In this document: positions 21,749-32,196 of the stretch, piece by piece | How the letters are laid out: every line of letters begins with the position of its first letter | Numbering within the stretch: position 1 is the stretch's first letter | Source of the DNA: an uncultured Candidatus Rokubacteria bacterium | GTDB lineage: Bacteria; Methylomirabilota; Methylomirabilia; Rokubacteriales; CSP1-6 | Direction: 5' to 3' | DNA: 64,000 bases | Assembly (NCBI GenBank): GCA_963789955.1 | Contig: CAWBMV010000034.1 | Span: 800,001 to 864,000 of the forward strand | Program-made: the position numbers and the translations under genes | Notes under the pieces: model-generated | What the model saw: only the letters and a program-made list of their open reading frames with translations | Database searches by the model: none | Told to the model about the DNA's origin: nothing

Positions 21749-23419
21749 ATGACCTCGCTCACCGAGCGCCCCTCCGCGCCCGTCCGTGCGCCGCGAGGCA
21801 CCGAGCTTTCCTGCAAAGGCTGGCCGCAGGAGGCCGCGCTCCGGATGCTCATGAACAACCTCGATCCCGACGTCGCCGAGCGGTGGGAGGACCTGGTCGT
21901 CTACGGCGGATCCGGGAAGGCCGCCAGGAACTGGGAGGCGTACCACACGATCGTGCGCACGCTCCGCCGCCTCGGCGCCGACGAGACCCTGCTCGTCCAG
22001 TCCGGGAAACCGGTCGGCGTGTTCAGGACGCACGCGGACGCGCCGCGCGTCCTCATCGCCAACTCGCTGCTCGTGCCCGAGTGGGGCGACTGGGAGCATT
22101 TCAGGCGATACGAAGCGATGGGGCTGACGATGTATGGCCAGATGACGGCCGGCTCCTGGATCTACATCGGCACCCAGGGGATCCTGCAGGGCACCTACGA
22201 GACGTTCGGCGCCTGCGCGCGGCAGCACTTCGGCGGCTCGCTGGCCGGCCGCCTGGTGCTCTCCGCCGGCCTCGGGGGCATGGGCGGCGCGCAGCCGCTC
22301 GCCGTCACGTTGAACGGCGGTGTCGGGCTCTTCGTCGAGGTCGATCGCGAGCGCATCGAGCGGCGGCTCAGGCTCCGCTACGTCGATCGGGCCACGGCAT
22401 CGCTGGACGAAGCGCTCCGGTGGGCTGACGAGGCGCGCGCTCGCCGCGAGCCGGTCTCGATCGCGCTGCACGGCAACGCCGCCGCGATCCATCCCGAGCT
22501 CGCCCGGCGCGGCGTCCGCTTCGACGTCGTGACCGATCAGACCTCCGCCCACGACGTGATCAACGGCTACATCCCGGCGGAGCTGACGGTGGACGAAGCT
22601 CGGGCGCTCCGCGCCCGCGACCCCGAGGCCTATCGCACGCGCGCCTACGAGTCGATCGCCGCGCAGATGCGCGCGATGCTCGAGTTCCAGCGCGCCGGGG
22701 CCATTCTCTTCGACTACGGCAACAACTTCCGCCGCGAAGCGGAGAATGCGGGTGTCTCCGACTTCAGCTATCCCGGCTTCGTGCCTGCGTTCATCCGGCC
22801 GCTCTTCTGCGAGGGCCAGGGCCCGTTCCGCTGGGTGGCGCTCTCCGGCGATCCGGAGGACATCTACGCGACCGACCGCGCGCTGATCGACGCGATGCCG
22901 GAGAACGAGTCGCTCGTGCGCTGGCTTCGCCTGGCCCGCGAGCGCGTCAGCTTTCAGGGGCTGCCGGCGCGGATCTGCTGGCTCGGCTACGGCGATCGCG
23001 CACGGGCCGGGAAGATCTTCAACGATCTGGTCGCCCGCGGCGCCGTGAAGGCGCCCATCGTCATCGGGCGCGACCATCTGGACTCGGGCTCGGTCGCCTC
23101 GCCGAATCGCGAGACCGAGTCGATGCGCGACGGCTCGGACGCGATCGCGGACTGGCCCGTGCTCAACGCCCTGCTCAACACGGCATCGGGCGCCACGTGG
23201 GTGTCGGTACACCACGGCGGCGGTGTGGGTATCGGCTACTCGATCCACGCCGGGATGGTCGTCGTCGCCGACGGCACGGCCGACGCGGCCCGGCGGCTCG
23301 AGCGCGTGCTGACGACCGATCCGGGCACCGGCATCATGCGCCACGCCGACGCGGGCTATCCGGAGGCCATCGCGGCGGCCCACCGTCACTCCATCGATCT
23401 GCCGGGGATCACGGCGTGA
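21749..23419 (+). CDS. hutU: Urocanate hydratase
   Basis: [52 protein letters not shown]. Confidence 0.97.
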   Translation: MTSLTERPSAPVRAPRGTELSCKGWPQEAALRMLMNNLDPDVAERWEDLVVYGGSGKAARNWEAYHTIVRTLRRLGADETLLVQSGKPVGVFRTHADAPRVLIANSLLVPEWGDWEHFRRYEAMGLTMYGQMTAGSWIYIGTQGILQGTYETFGACARQHFGGSLAGRLVLSAGLGGMGGAQPLAVTLNGGVGLFVEVDRERIERRLRLRYVDRATASLDEALRWADEARARREPVSIALHGNAAAIHPELARRGVRFDVVTDQTSAHDVINGYIPAELTVDEARALRARDPEAYRTRAYESIAAQMRAMLEFQRAGAILFDYGNNFRREAENAGVSDFSYPGFVPAFIRPLFCEGQGPFRWVALSGDPEDIYATDRALIDAMPENESLVRWLRLARERVSFQGLPARICWLGYGDRARAGKIFNDLVARGAVKAPIVIGRDHLDSGSVASPNRETESMRDGSDAIADWPVLNALLNTASGATWVSVHHGGGVGIGYSIHAGMVVVADGTADAARRLERVLTTDPGTGIMRHADAGYPEAIAAAHRHSIDLPGITA

Positions 23420-23706
23420 GGTTCTCCATGAGAACGCGAGCCGCGCGCTTCGTGGCCATGCTCGTCATCTTCGTGATCGGTCTCGCGCCGGTCGGTTTCG
23501 TCGGGATCGTCGCGGCGCAAGAGCCACCGCGCTCCGGCGGCGAGCTGGTGTTCGAGAAGCGGCTCCTCGACGACGCGGTGCACTACATCTTCACGTTCCA
23601 GTGGCACCGGATCGTGCCGCACAACGCACGACTGAAAGGCTGGACGATCACGCCGAGCCACTTCCTCAACAACCAGCTCGACACCGTCTGGCTGGCGCCG
23701 GAGTGA
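23416..23706 (+). pseudogene. Internally deleted (in-frame) family-5 ABC substrate-binding protein remnant
   Basis: Signal peptide plus AQEPPRSGGELVF joined directly to a typical SBP_bac_5 C-terminus (..KGWTITPSHFLNNQLDTVWLA). Confidence 0.65.
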
Positions 23707-25049
23707 CCCTGAGACTCGTCCCCGATCTCGTCCTGACCGAAGGCGGCTTCGCGTCGGGGCACGCGGTGACGCTCGCCGGAGGTCGGATCGGCTCGATCGC
23801 ACCGATCGGTCGGCCCGCGCCCGGTGACGTCGTCCTCGCCGGCAAGGCGCTCTTGCCCGGCACCATCAATGCGCACTGCCACACGTTCCAGTCGCTCTTG
23901 CGGGGCCTCGGCGACGACCTCGACTTCGCCGGCTGGCGCGATCGCGTGCTCTATCCGTTCTCCGAGCGGCTCGACCGCCGCGGGATCGCCCTCGGCGCCT
24001 CGTTCGCGTTCGCCGAGATGCTCCGGCACGGCGCCACCACCTGCGTGGACTTCTTCTACCTTCAAGATCAGGGCAACGAGAACGCCGAGGCGGTGATCGA
24101 GGCCGCCCGCGCGGTCGGAATCCGCCTCGTCCTGGCGCGCACGATGTACGACTGGGCGGGCGCGCCCAGGCGCTATCGCGAATCCCCGGCCGACGCCGCG
24201 CGGCGTACGCGCGAGCTGATCGGCGCCCACCGCCGAGACGAGACCACGGTCGTCCAGCCGGCTCCGCACAGCCCTCACGGGGCGTCGCCCGCGATGATTC
24301 GCGCCGGGTTCGAGGTCGCCGAGTCGGAGACTACGCGCTTTCACATCCACGTCGCGGAGGGCCGCTACGAGGGCGAGCGCACCTTGCGCGAGCACGGCGC
24401 CACGCCGATCCGCTATCTCGATCGTCTGGGCGTCCTCGGCCCGCGGATGATCGGCGTCCATTGTGTGTGGCTCGACGACGAGGAGATTGCGCTGATGGGC
24501 GCGCGGCGCGCCGCGCTCGCCTATTGCCCGAGCTCGAACATGTTCCTGGGCGACGGCATCACCCGGCTCCCCGAGCTCCGGAAGGCGGGGGTCAGGGTCG
24601 GGCTCGGCACCGATGGAGGCTGCACCAACAACCGGCTCTCGGTCTTCGAGGAGATGCGCATGGCGGCGCTCCTGCAGCGGGTGCGGCTCCTCGACGGCGG
24701 CGCGCTCGACGCGGCGACCGCGTTCGAGCTCGGGACGCGGTCGGGCGCCGAGATCCTCGGCCTCCCAGCCGGCGCGATCGCCCCCGGCATGCTCGCCGAT
24801 CTGGCTGCGGTCGACCTCGGCGACGCGTCGATGCACCCGCGCGTCGACACCTTGAAGTCCGTGGTCTTCGCGATGTCGGATCGCGCCGTGACCGACGTCT
24901 GGGTCCACGGGCGACACGTCGTCGAGGCCGGTCGCCTCGTGACGCTCGACGAGCACGAGCTCCTCGGGCGCGTGCGCGAGCTCACGCGCGACTGGCGTGT
25001 CCCTGAGCCGGTGGCGAGCGCGGGGCTCGGGCGTGCGGCCGCGCCATGA
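23703..25049 (+). CDS. Metal-dependent amidohydrolase, formimidoylglutamate deiminase (HutF)-like
   Basis: PGTINAHCHTFQ, APHS, HIHVAE, VHCVW, CPSSNMFLGDG, LGTDG; lies between hutU and hutH. Confidence 0.7.
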   Translation: MTLRLVPDLVLTEGGFASGHAVTLAGGRIGSIAPIGRPAPGDVVLAGKALLPGTINAHCHTFQSLLRGLGDDLDFAGWRDRVLYPFSERLDRRGIALGASFAFAEMLRHGATTCVDFFYLQDQGNENAEAVIEAARAVGIRLVLARTMYDWAGAPRRYRESPADAARRTRELIGAHRRDETTVVQPAPHSPHGASPAMIRAGFEVAESETTRFHIHVAEGRYEGERTLREHGATPIRYLDRLGVLGPRMIGVHCVWLDDEEIALMGARRAALAYCPSSNMFLGDGITRLPELRKAGVRVGLGTDGGCTNNRLSVFEEMRMAALLQRVRLLDGGALDAATAFELGTRSGAEILGLPAGAIAPGMLADLAAVDLGDASMHPRVDTLKSVVFAMSDRAVTDVWVHGRHVVEAGRLVTLDEHELLGRVRELTRDWRVPEPVASAGLGRAAAP

Positions 25050-26572
25050 TCGAGCTGGACGGCGGCGCGCTCACGCTCGAGGCGGTCGAAGCCGTCGCCC
25101 GGCGCGGCGACGAAGTGACGCTCGCCCCCGCGGCGATCCGGACGCTCGGCGCAGCGCGCGAGTTCGTCGACCGGCTGGCCGCCGGCGTCGAGCCGATCTA
25201 CGGGATCACGACCGGAGTCGGAAAGCTCAAGGACGTCGTCATCCCACCGGGCCAGCGCGTCGAGCTCCAGCGCAATCTCGTGCTGAGCCACGCCGGAGGG
25301 ATGGGCGCGCCGCTGCCGGACGTCGAGGTCCGCGCGATCATGCTGCTGCTCGCGGCCTCGCTCGCGCGGGGCGCGTCCGGCGTGAGGCCCGTGGTCGTCG
25401 AGACCGTGATCGCGTGCTTGAACCGGCGCGTTCACCCGATCGTGCCCGAGCTCGGGTCCGTCGGCGCCTCGGGCGATCTCGCGCCGCTGGCCCACGTGGC
25501 GCTCTGTCTCGTCGGCGAAGGCACGGTGTCCGACGAGAGCCGTCAGCTCCCGGCGGCCCAGGCGCTCGCGCGCGCCGGAATCCGGCCGCTCGCGCTCGAG
25601 ACCAAGGAAGGGCTGGCGCTCCTCAACGGCACGCACCTCATGGCCGGGCTCGGCGCGCTGGCGGTGCTCGACGCCGAGCGGCTCACGCGGCTGGCCGACG
25701 TCACCGGCGCGATGTCGCTCGAGGCGCTGATGGGCTCGAACGCCGCGTTCGATCCGCGGATTCACGCGCTGCGGCCCCATCCGGGCCAGCTCGCGACCGC
25801 CGCCAACTTGCGTCGTCTCACCGCGGAAAGCGGCATCATCGCCTCGCACCGCGACTGCACGCGCGTCCAGGACGCCTATAGCCTCCGCTGCATGCCGCAG
25901 GTGCACGGCTCCGCGCGGGAAGCCGTCCGATTCGCGCGCTCGGTGATCGAGCGCGAGCTGGCGTCGGTCTCCGACAATCCGCTCGTGTTTCCCCAGGACG
26001 GCGCGGTACTGAGCGGCGGCAATTTCCACGGCGAGGTGCTGGGCCTGGCGCTCGACACCTTGACCCTGGGGCTCGGCCAGCTCGCGGGAATCTGCGAGCG
26101 CCGGATCGACCGGCTCGTGAACCCGCTGACGAACGAGGCGCTGCCGCCGTTCCTCTCGCCGCACGGCGGCGTCCACTCCGGCTACATGATCGCGCAGTAC
26201 GGCGCCGCGGCGCTGGCGTCCGAGCTCCGGACCCAGGCCGTTCCGGCGAGCGTGGAATCGATTCCGACCTCGGGGCTCCAGGAGGACTACAACTCGATGG
26301 CGGCCGGCTCGGCCTTGAAGGCGCGCCGCGCGGTCGGCCTCGCGCGCCGGGTCGTCGCGATCGAGCTCTTGCTGGCCGCTCAGGCGCTCGACTTCCGCGC
26401 GCCCTTGGCACCGGGCCACGGCAGCGCGGCGGCCCGCGCGGCCGTCCGGCGGCGGATCACGCCGCTCGACCGCGACCGCTATCTGAAGGCCGATCTCGAT
26501 GCCGCGCTGGAGCTGTGTGAGGGCGGAGCCGTGCTCGCGGCGGTGGAGGCCGCGATCGGCCCCCTGGAGTGA
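25046..26572 (+). CDS. hutH: Histidine ammonia-lyase
   Basis: YGITTG, LVLSH (HAL-type), MIO motif GSVGASGDLAPL, KEGLALLNGT, QDAYSLRC. Confidence 0.95.
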   Translation: MIELDGGALTLEAVEAVARRGDEVTLAPAAIRTLGAAREFVDRLAAGVEPIYGITTGVGKLKDVVIPPGQRVELQRNLVLSHAGGMGAPLPDVEVRAIMLLLAASLARGASGVRPVVVETVIACLNRRVHPIVPELGSVGASGDLAPLAHVALCLVGEGTVSDESRQLPAAQALARAGIRPLALETKEGLALLNGTHLMAGLGALAVLDAERLTRLADVTGAMSLEALMGSNAAFDPRIHALRPHPGQLATAANLRRLTAESGIIASHRDCTRVQDAYSLRCMPQVHGSAREAVRFARSVIERELASVSDNPLVFPQDGAVLSGGNFHGEVLGLALDTLTLGLGQLAGICERRIDRLVNPLTNEALPPFLSPHGGVHSGYMIAQYGAAALASELRTQAVPASVESIPTSGLQEDYNSMAAGSALKARRAVGLARRVVAIELLLAAQALDFRAPLAPGHGSAAARAAVRRRITPLDRDRYLKADLDAALELCEGGAVLAAVEAAIGPLE

Positions 26573-26579
26573 GGGAGCG

Positions 26580-26987
26580 CTACCGGCTCAGGCCGATCGA
26601 GTCGCGGTCGGCGGACGTTGCGTCCGCCGACCGACCCTTCGTCATCTTGCAGTGGCCTTCGAAGAGCACGCCTTCCTCGACCACGATCACCGGGGCCTCG
26701 ACGTCGCCGTAGACGCGCGCCGTACCCCGCAGCTCGACCCGCTCGGTGGCGAAGACGTTACCGATCACTTCACCGTTGATCAGGACCACCCCGGCGCGAA
26801 CCGTGGCGCTCACGACGCCCTTCTCGCCGATGATGAGGCTGTCGCTGGAGTTGATCTCGCCGCTGAACTTGCCGTTCATCATGACGGTGCCCTGAAAGGT
26901 GTACTTGCCCTCGATCTCGGAGCCCTCGTCGATGAAGGCCGTGAGATCGCTGCTCCGGCTCGCCTGCTTGCCCTTGCGCCACCGCAT
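26580..26987 (-). CDS. Bactofilin (polymer-forming cytoskeletal protein)
   Basis: AFIDEGSEIEGK..LIIGEKGVV..INGEVIGNV..VEEGVLFEGHC. Confidence 0.9.
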   Translation of the reverse strand: MRWRKGKQASRSSDLTAFIDEGSEIEGKYTFQGTVMMNGKFSGEINSSDSLIIGEKGVVSATVRAGVVLINGEVIGNVFATERVELRGTARVYGDVEAPVIVVEEGVLFEGHCKMTKGRSADATSADRDSIGLSR

Positions 26988-27013
26988 GGGGTGTCGGCCC
27001 GGCGGGGGGCCGA

Positions 27014-27481
27014 CTACCTCTGACCGCTGAGCTGCGCGGCCCGGAGGTCGTCCATCAGATAGATCGGCCGTTGGCCGGTGGGGAGCTCGTTCATCTTCGA
27101 GACGTTGCCGTTGAAGAAGCCGCCCTTCGAGATCACCAGCGAATCGGTCGTGATGTTGCCGGTGACCCGGCCCGAGTCGGTGATCTCGACGTTGCCGGTC
27201 GCGATCATGTTGCCCTGGTAGTGTCCCTTGATGACGGCATCGACGGTCTGGACGTTGGCGTTGACCACGCCCTTCTCGCCGATGACCAGCTTGCCGCCGA
27301 CGTTCATCTCGCCGCCGACCTCGCACTCGACCTGGATCGAGTCCGCGATGTCGAACTTGCCCTCCATGCGCGCGCGCTCGCCGACCACCGAGAGCAGGGG
27401 GATTGCCGGGGCGGCGGGCTGCCCGTTCTCCGACGCCGGCAGAGAGTCCGGCTTCTGGGCACCCTTCTGGTTACTGAACAT
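27014..27481 (-). CDS. Bactofilin (polymer-forming cytoskeletal protein)
   Basis: SVVGERARMEGK..LVIGEKGVVNANV..GNITTDSLVISKGGFFNGNV; AAGGAG RBS. Confidence 0.9.
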   Translation of the reverse strand: MFSNQKGAQKPDSLPASENGQPAAPAIPLLSVVGERARMEGKFDIADSIQVECEVGGEMNVGGKLVIGEKGVVNANVQTVDAVIKGHYQGNMIATGNVEITDSGRVTGNITTDSLVISKGGFFNGNVSKMNELPTGQRPIYLMDDLRAAQLSGQR

Positions 27482-27680
27482 CGGAAAACTCCTTACGCTG
27501 TGAGGCCGCTCGGATGAGCGGGAGAGGCTTTAACCCAGCATCTTCAGGCGTAGCATCCCCGAACAGACGGTGTCAACCTTTGCGACCCGCCCCTTCCGGT
27601 GGTGCGTGGACGCTTCGACGCGGCTCCCGGTTGTACCCGACTTGACGCCCTCGGACGAGGGGTGCGGCCAGAACGTGAGG

Positions 27681-29036
27681 CTAGAACGAGCGGATGAGCC
27701 GCTCGACCCGCTCGTCGTGGGACTGGAAGGGATCCTTGCAGAGGATCGTCTCGCGCTCCGGGTCGTTGAGCTTCAGATAGACCCAGTCGACGCGATAGTC
27801 CTTGCCCTTCAGATTGGCCTGCCGGATGAACTCGCCCCGGAGGCGCGCCCGCGTGGTCTGCGGCGGGACGTGCTTGGCCTGCTCGATGGTCTCGTCGTCG
27901 GTGATCCGATCGACGTGATCGTTGGCGACCATCCGGTAGTAGACGCCCTTGTCGGGCCGGATGTCGTGATATTGAAGGTCGAGCAGCGACACCTTCGGGT
28001 CCCGCCACGAGAGCCGATGGCGGTTCATGAAGTTGTCGATGAGCTGGCGCTTGATGACCCAGTCGAGCTCGCGGTTGAGCTGCATCGGATCGGCCTCGAG
28101 CTTGGTGAGCACGTCGGTCCAGCGGGCGAGGACGTCCTTGGTGGTCGCGTCGGCGTTGATCGAGGCGACGTACCGGGTGGCGTACTCGAGGTACTCGAGC
28201 TGCATCTGGAGCGCCGTGATCGAGCGACCGTCCTTCAGCTTGACGGCCTCTCGCAAAGTCGGATCGTGCGAGATATCCCGGATCGCCTGCACCGGCGACT
28301 GCAGCGAATAGTCGCGGTCGAAGAAGCCGTCCTCGATCATGTCGAGGACCAGCGCCGTGGTTCCGATCTTCAGGTACGTGGCGACTTCCGACATATTGGA
28401 GTCGCCCACGATGACATGAAGACGCCGGTATCTCTCGGCGTCGGCGTGCGGCTCGTCGCGGGTGTTGATGATCGAGCGCGACGACGTCGTGGCGCCGGAG
28501 ATCTCCTGGCAGATGTGCTGCGCGCGCTGCGACAGGCAGTAGTGGAAGCCGCGCGGCGTCTGGAGCACCTTGCCGGCCCCGGCGAAGATCTGCCGGGTGA
28601 CGAAGAAGGGGATCAGGGCCTCGGCGAGTCGCTGGAACGAGACGTCGCGAGAGACCAGGTAGTTCTCGTGGCAGCCGTAGGAGTTACCGGCCGAGTCGGT
28701 GTTGTTCTTGAAGAGCAGGATGTTGCCGGAGATCCCGTCTTCCCGCAGCCGCTTCTCGGCCTGGTGCAGGAGGTCCTCGACGATCCGCTCGCCGGCCTTG
28801 TCGTGGATGACCAGCTCGGCGACGTCGTCGCACTCCGGGGTCGCGTACTCCGGGTGGAACCCGGTGTCGAGATAGAGGCGGGCGCCGTTCTCCAGGAAGA
28901 CGTTGGCGTTGCGGGCTCCGGGAATGACCTTCTCGAACAGGTACCGGGCGACGTTGTCGGGTGACAGACGGCGTTGACCGTTGAGGGTGCAGGTGAGGCC
29001 GTACTCGTTCTCGAGGCCGAAGATCCGACGCTTCAT
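27681..29036 (-). CDS. pafA: Pup--protein ligase
   Basis: [71 protein letters not shown]. Confidence 0.95.
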   Translation of the reverse strand: MKRRIFGLENEYGLTCTLNGQRRLSPDNVARYLFEKVIPGARNANVFLENGARLYLDTGFHPEYATPECDDVAELVIHDKAGERIVEDLLHQAEKRLREDGISGNILLFKNNTDSAGNSYGCHENYLVSRDVSFQRLAEALIPFFVTRQIFAGAGKVLQTPRGFHYCLSQRAQHICQEISGATTSSRSIINTRDEPHADAERYRRLHVIVGDSNMSEVATYLKIGTTALVLDMIEDGFFDRDYSLQSPVQAIRDISHDPTLREAVKLKDGRSITALQMQLEYLEYATRYVASINADATTKDVLARWTDVLTKLEADPMQLNRELDWVIKRQLIDNFMNRHRLSWRDPKVSLLDLQYHDIRPDKGVYYRMVANDHVDRITDDETIEQAKHVPPQTTRARLRGEFIRQANLKGKDYRVDWVYLKLNDPERETILCKDPFQSHDERVERLIRSF

Positions 29037-29065
29037 GGGCCCGTCCTGCCCAAGGGTAACACGGC

Positions 29066-29758
29066 TTACTGGGCTGCGCCCAGGAGTTGCCCCAGCGCCT
29101 CCACGGGGATCCGGCGAAACTTCCGCCGCGCCTTGGTGCGGTCGAGTACGGCGACCTCCAGATCGCGCTCGGTCAAGGTCTTGTTCTGCGTGACCGTCAG
29201 GGCGCGGACGCCGAGCTGCAGCGCCGCGTCGAGCGGCATGCCTTCCTTGTGATGGTCCTTCAGAAAGCGGCGGATCTCGTCGGACTGGCCGCCCATCGCC
29301 GCGTAGTTCCGCTCGTCCTCGATCGTGCCGTCATAGAGGATGTGGTAGATCTCGTTGCGCGCGCCGTTGGCGTCGCCGACCTCGGCCACCAGCACCTCGA
29401 CCTCGAAGGGCTTGATGTCCTGCGTGAAGATGTTGCCGAGGGCCTGCGAGTAGGCGTTGGCGAGGGCCTTGGCCGTCACATCTCCCCGGCTGTACGAGTA
29501 GCCCTTCACGTCGGCGTGCCGGATGCCCGCGATGCGGAGATTCTCGAACTCGTTGTACTTGCCGACACCGGCGAACGCGATGCGGTCGTAGATCTCGGAG
29601 ATCTTGTGCAGCAAGGTGGACGGGTTCTCGGCGACCAGGAGGATGCCGTCGCCGTACTCGAGCGTGACGAGGGACCGGCCGCGCGAGATGCCCTTGCGGG
29701 CATACTCGGCCTTGTCCTTCATCATCTGCTCGGGGCTTACATAGTAGGGGAGCGGCAT
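29066..29758 (-). CDS. prcA: 20S proteasome alpha subunit
   Basis: [55 protein letters not shown]. Confidence 0.95.
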   Translation of the reverse strand: MPLPYYVSPEQMMKDKAEYARKGISRGRSLVTLEYGDGILLVAENPSTLLHKISEIYDRIAFAGVGKYNEFENLRIAGIRHADVKGYSYSRGDVTAKALANAYSQALGNIFTQDIKPFEVEVLVAEVGDANGARNEIYHILYDGTIEDERNYAAMGGQSDEIRRFLKDHHKEGMPLDAALQLGVRALTVTQNKTLTERDLEVAVLDRTKARRKFRRIPVEALGQLLGAAQ

Positions 29759-29761
29759 GGC

Positions 29762-30572
29762 TTAGGCCCCGTTTCCGCTGCGCGTGCGCTCCGCCAGGAT
29801 CGCCTCGCAGAGACGTTTCACCTCGTCCTCCGGAACGTCACCGAATCCGGACCGCGTGATCGTCTTCACGGACGGGAAAATGCCGCGCACGAGGTCGGGG
29901 CCGCCGGTGCCGACGTCCTCGTCGGCCGCGTCGATGAGGGCCTCGAGCGAGACGCGCAGCGCCTCGTCCCGCTGCATGTCGCGCTTCCAGAGCTTCTTCA
30001 GCGAGTCCCGCGCGTCCTTCGAGCCCGAGCCCTGCGCATCGAAGTTGGTTTCTTCGTAGCGTCCGCCCGTGATGTCGTACTTGAAGAGCCGGCCGACGCC
30101 GGCCTTCTCGTCGAAGCCCGCGAAGATCGGCACCACCACGAGGCCCTGCATCGCCGCCGGGAGGTTCATCCGGATCATCTGGCTCAGCCGGTTGGCCTTG
30201 CCTTCGAGCGAGAGGTTCTCGCCCTCGACCTTCTCGTAGTGCTCGAGCTCGGTCTGGAAGAGCTTCGCCATCTCCATGGCGGGGCCCGCCGCGCCGGCGA
30301 TGCCCACACCGGAGAGCTCGTCGGACTTGAAGATCTTCTCGATGCGACGGCTCGCGACCTGATAGCCCGCGGTCGCCTGGCGATCGCCGGCCATGATCAC
30401 GCCGTCACGGAACCGGACCGAGAGGACCGTCGTGCCGTGGATGGGCTCCGGGCACCGGGGCGGCCGCCGGAGTCTCGTGGCCGGGCATCAGGTGCGGCGA
30501 CTCCCGGCGGAGCACGTCGAGAAAGCTCGAGTTGGAGTAGTCGTTGAACAGGGAACGCCAGCGCTCGTCCAT
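29762..30572 (-). CDS. prcB: 20S proteasome beta subunit with propeptide (one extra base ~30449)
   Basis: Propeptide SSFLDVLRRESP..., processing site IHG/TTVLSV with catalytic Thr, AGDRQAT, GSGS, DVGTGGPD. Confidence 0.93.
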
Positions 30573-30574
30573 CG

Positions 30575-32071
30575 TCACATCCCGGACGCGCGCGAGATGT
30601 TGCGCAGCAGATCCGCGGCCGTGGGCGACTCGGTCAGCAGCTGCCGAACGTGCGCCTCGGTGCCCCGCAGCGGCTCCAGCATGAAGATCTTCTTCAGCGG
30701 ACCCTCCTTGAGGTCGAAGATCACCGAATCCCAGCTCGCCGAGACGATCTCGTCCGCGTAGCGCTGCAGGCACATGCCGCGGAAGTACGCGCGCGTGTCC
30801 TTGGGCGGATCGTAGATCGCCTTCGCGATCTCGTCGTCGGTCGCGATGCGGTCGACCGCCTCGGACTCCTCGAGCTTGTAGTAGAGGCCGCGGCCCGGCC
30901 GGATGTCGTGGTACTGGAGGTCGATCATGGCCACGCGCGAGTCGTTCCACTCCAGGTCGTGCTTGGCCATGTAGTTCTCGATGAGCTGGCGCTTGATGAC
31001 CCAGTCGAGCTCGCGGCCGAGCTGCATCGGATCCTCGGCCAGCCGGTCGAGCGTCGACTCCCAGCGCGTGAGCACCTCGCGCACCCAGGGCTCGGCCTCA
31101 CGGTCGCGATAGTAGCGGTGCGCCAGGGCCAGGAACTCGCGCTGCAGGTCCACGGCGGTGATGCTGCGGCCGTCCTTGAGCCGGAACGTCTCCCGGCAGG
31201 TGAGGTCGCGCGACACCACGCGGAAGGCGCCCACCGGGCCGTCGACCGAGAGGTCGCGCTCGATGAAGTCGTCCTCGACCATGCTCAGCACGATCGCCAT
31301 CGTGCCGACCTTGAGGTAGTTGGAGACCTCGCTCATGTTGGCGTCGCCGACGATGACGTGCAGGCGGCGGTACTTTTCCGGGTCGGCGTGCGGCTCGTCG
31401 CGCGTGTTGATGATCGGGCGCGAGTGCATCGTCTCCAGCCCGACCTCCGTCTCCAGAAAGTCGGCGCGCTGCGAGATCTGGTAGTCGCACGGATCCGCGT
31501 TGTTCTCGGCGCCCACCTTGCCGGCGCCGGTGAAGACCTGGCGGCTCACGAAGAACGGCATCATGTGCTGGACGATGCGCGCGAACGGCACCTTCCGGTC
31601 CATGAGGTAGTTCTCGTGGGTGCCGTACGAGTTGCCCTTGTTGTCGGTGTTGTTCTTGTAGATCAGGATCCGCTGCTCGGGCGGCGAGACCGCTTCCGCC
31701 CGCTGGCGCGAGAGATTGAGGATCCGCTCGCCGGCGCGGTCCCAGATGACGAGGTCTCGCGGATTCGTCGTCTCCGGGCTCGAGTACTCCGGATGGGCGT
31801 GGTCGACATAGAAGCGCGCGCCGTTCGACAGGATCAGGTTGATGAGGCGCGACTCTTCCTTGGAGGTGCCTTCCTTCTCCTCCATGTACTCGAAGCCGCG
31901 CGCGTCGCGGAGCGGGCTCTCGGCCTCGTAGTCCCAGCGCACGCGCGAGGAGCGGAAGGTCTCGTAGGAGTTGATCAGCAGCAGCGAGGAGAGGATCGGG
32001 TTGAAATCCGGCTGATTCTTGACCGTGATCCCGTACTCGGTTTCGATGCCCATGACTTTCGGGATCGCCAT
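30575..32071 (-). CDS. dop: Depupylase/deamidase Dop
   Basis: [75 protein letters not shown]. Confidence 0.95.
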   Translation of the reverse strand: MAIPKVMGIETEYGITVKNQPDFNPILSSLLLINSYETFRSSRVRWDYEAESPLRDARGFEYMEEKEGTSKEESRLINLILSNGARFYVDHAHPEYSSPETTNPRDLVIWDRAGERILNLSRQRAEAVSPPEQRILIYKNNTDNKGNSYGTHENYLMDRKVPFARIVQHMMPFFVSRQVFTGAGKVGAENNADPCDYQISQRADFLETEVGLETMHSRPIINTRDEPHADPEKYRRLHVIVGDANMSEVSNYLKVGTMAIVLSMVEDDFIERDLSVDGPVGAFRVVSRDLTCRETFRLKDGRSITAVDLQREFLALAHRYYRDREAEPWVREVLTRWESTLDRLAEDPMQLGRELDWVIKRQLIENYMAKHDLEWNDSRVAMIDLQYHDIRPGRGLYYKLEESEAVDRIATDDEIAKAIYDPPKDTRAYFRGMCLQRYADEIVSASWDSVIFDLKEGPLKKIFMLEPLRGTEAHVRQLLTESPTAADLLRNISRASGM

Positions 32072-32165
32072 GCCGTCCTCTAGAAAGACCGCCCCCCGGT
32101 CAATGCGCTCGGGGGGGAAATGGAGGGGCGTTCGACAGTCCCCCCATTGCCTGCTGAATGGGTGA

Positions 32166-32189
32166 GGGGCTCGGCTCGCGCCGAGCCCC
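32166..32189 (-). terminator. GC-rich hairpin just after the arc stop (terminator or processing site)
   Basis: Minus strand GGGGCTCGGC-GCGA-GCCGAGCCCC: perfect 10-bp stem with GNRA loop, no U-tract. Confidence 0.5.
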
Positions 32190-32196
32190 CGCTGCG

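Noticed and set aside
27482..27680. Possible hidden pup/ubact ORF downstream of pafA (32072-32196 and 34011-34302 also checked)
   Set aside because: No acidic ORF ending in GGE/GGQ/GE found by eye; these regions look like promoters and hairpins
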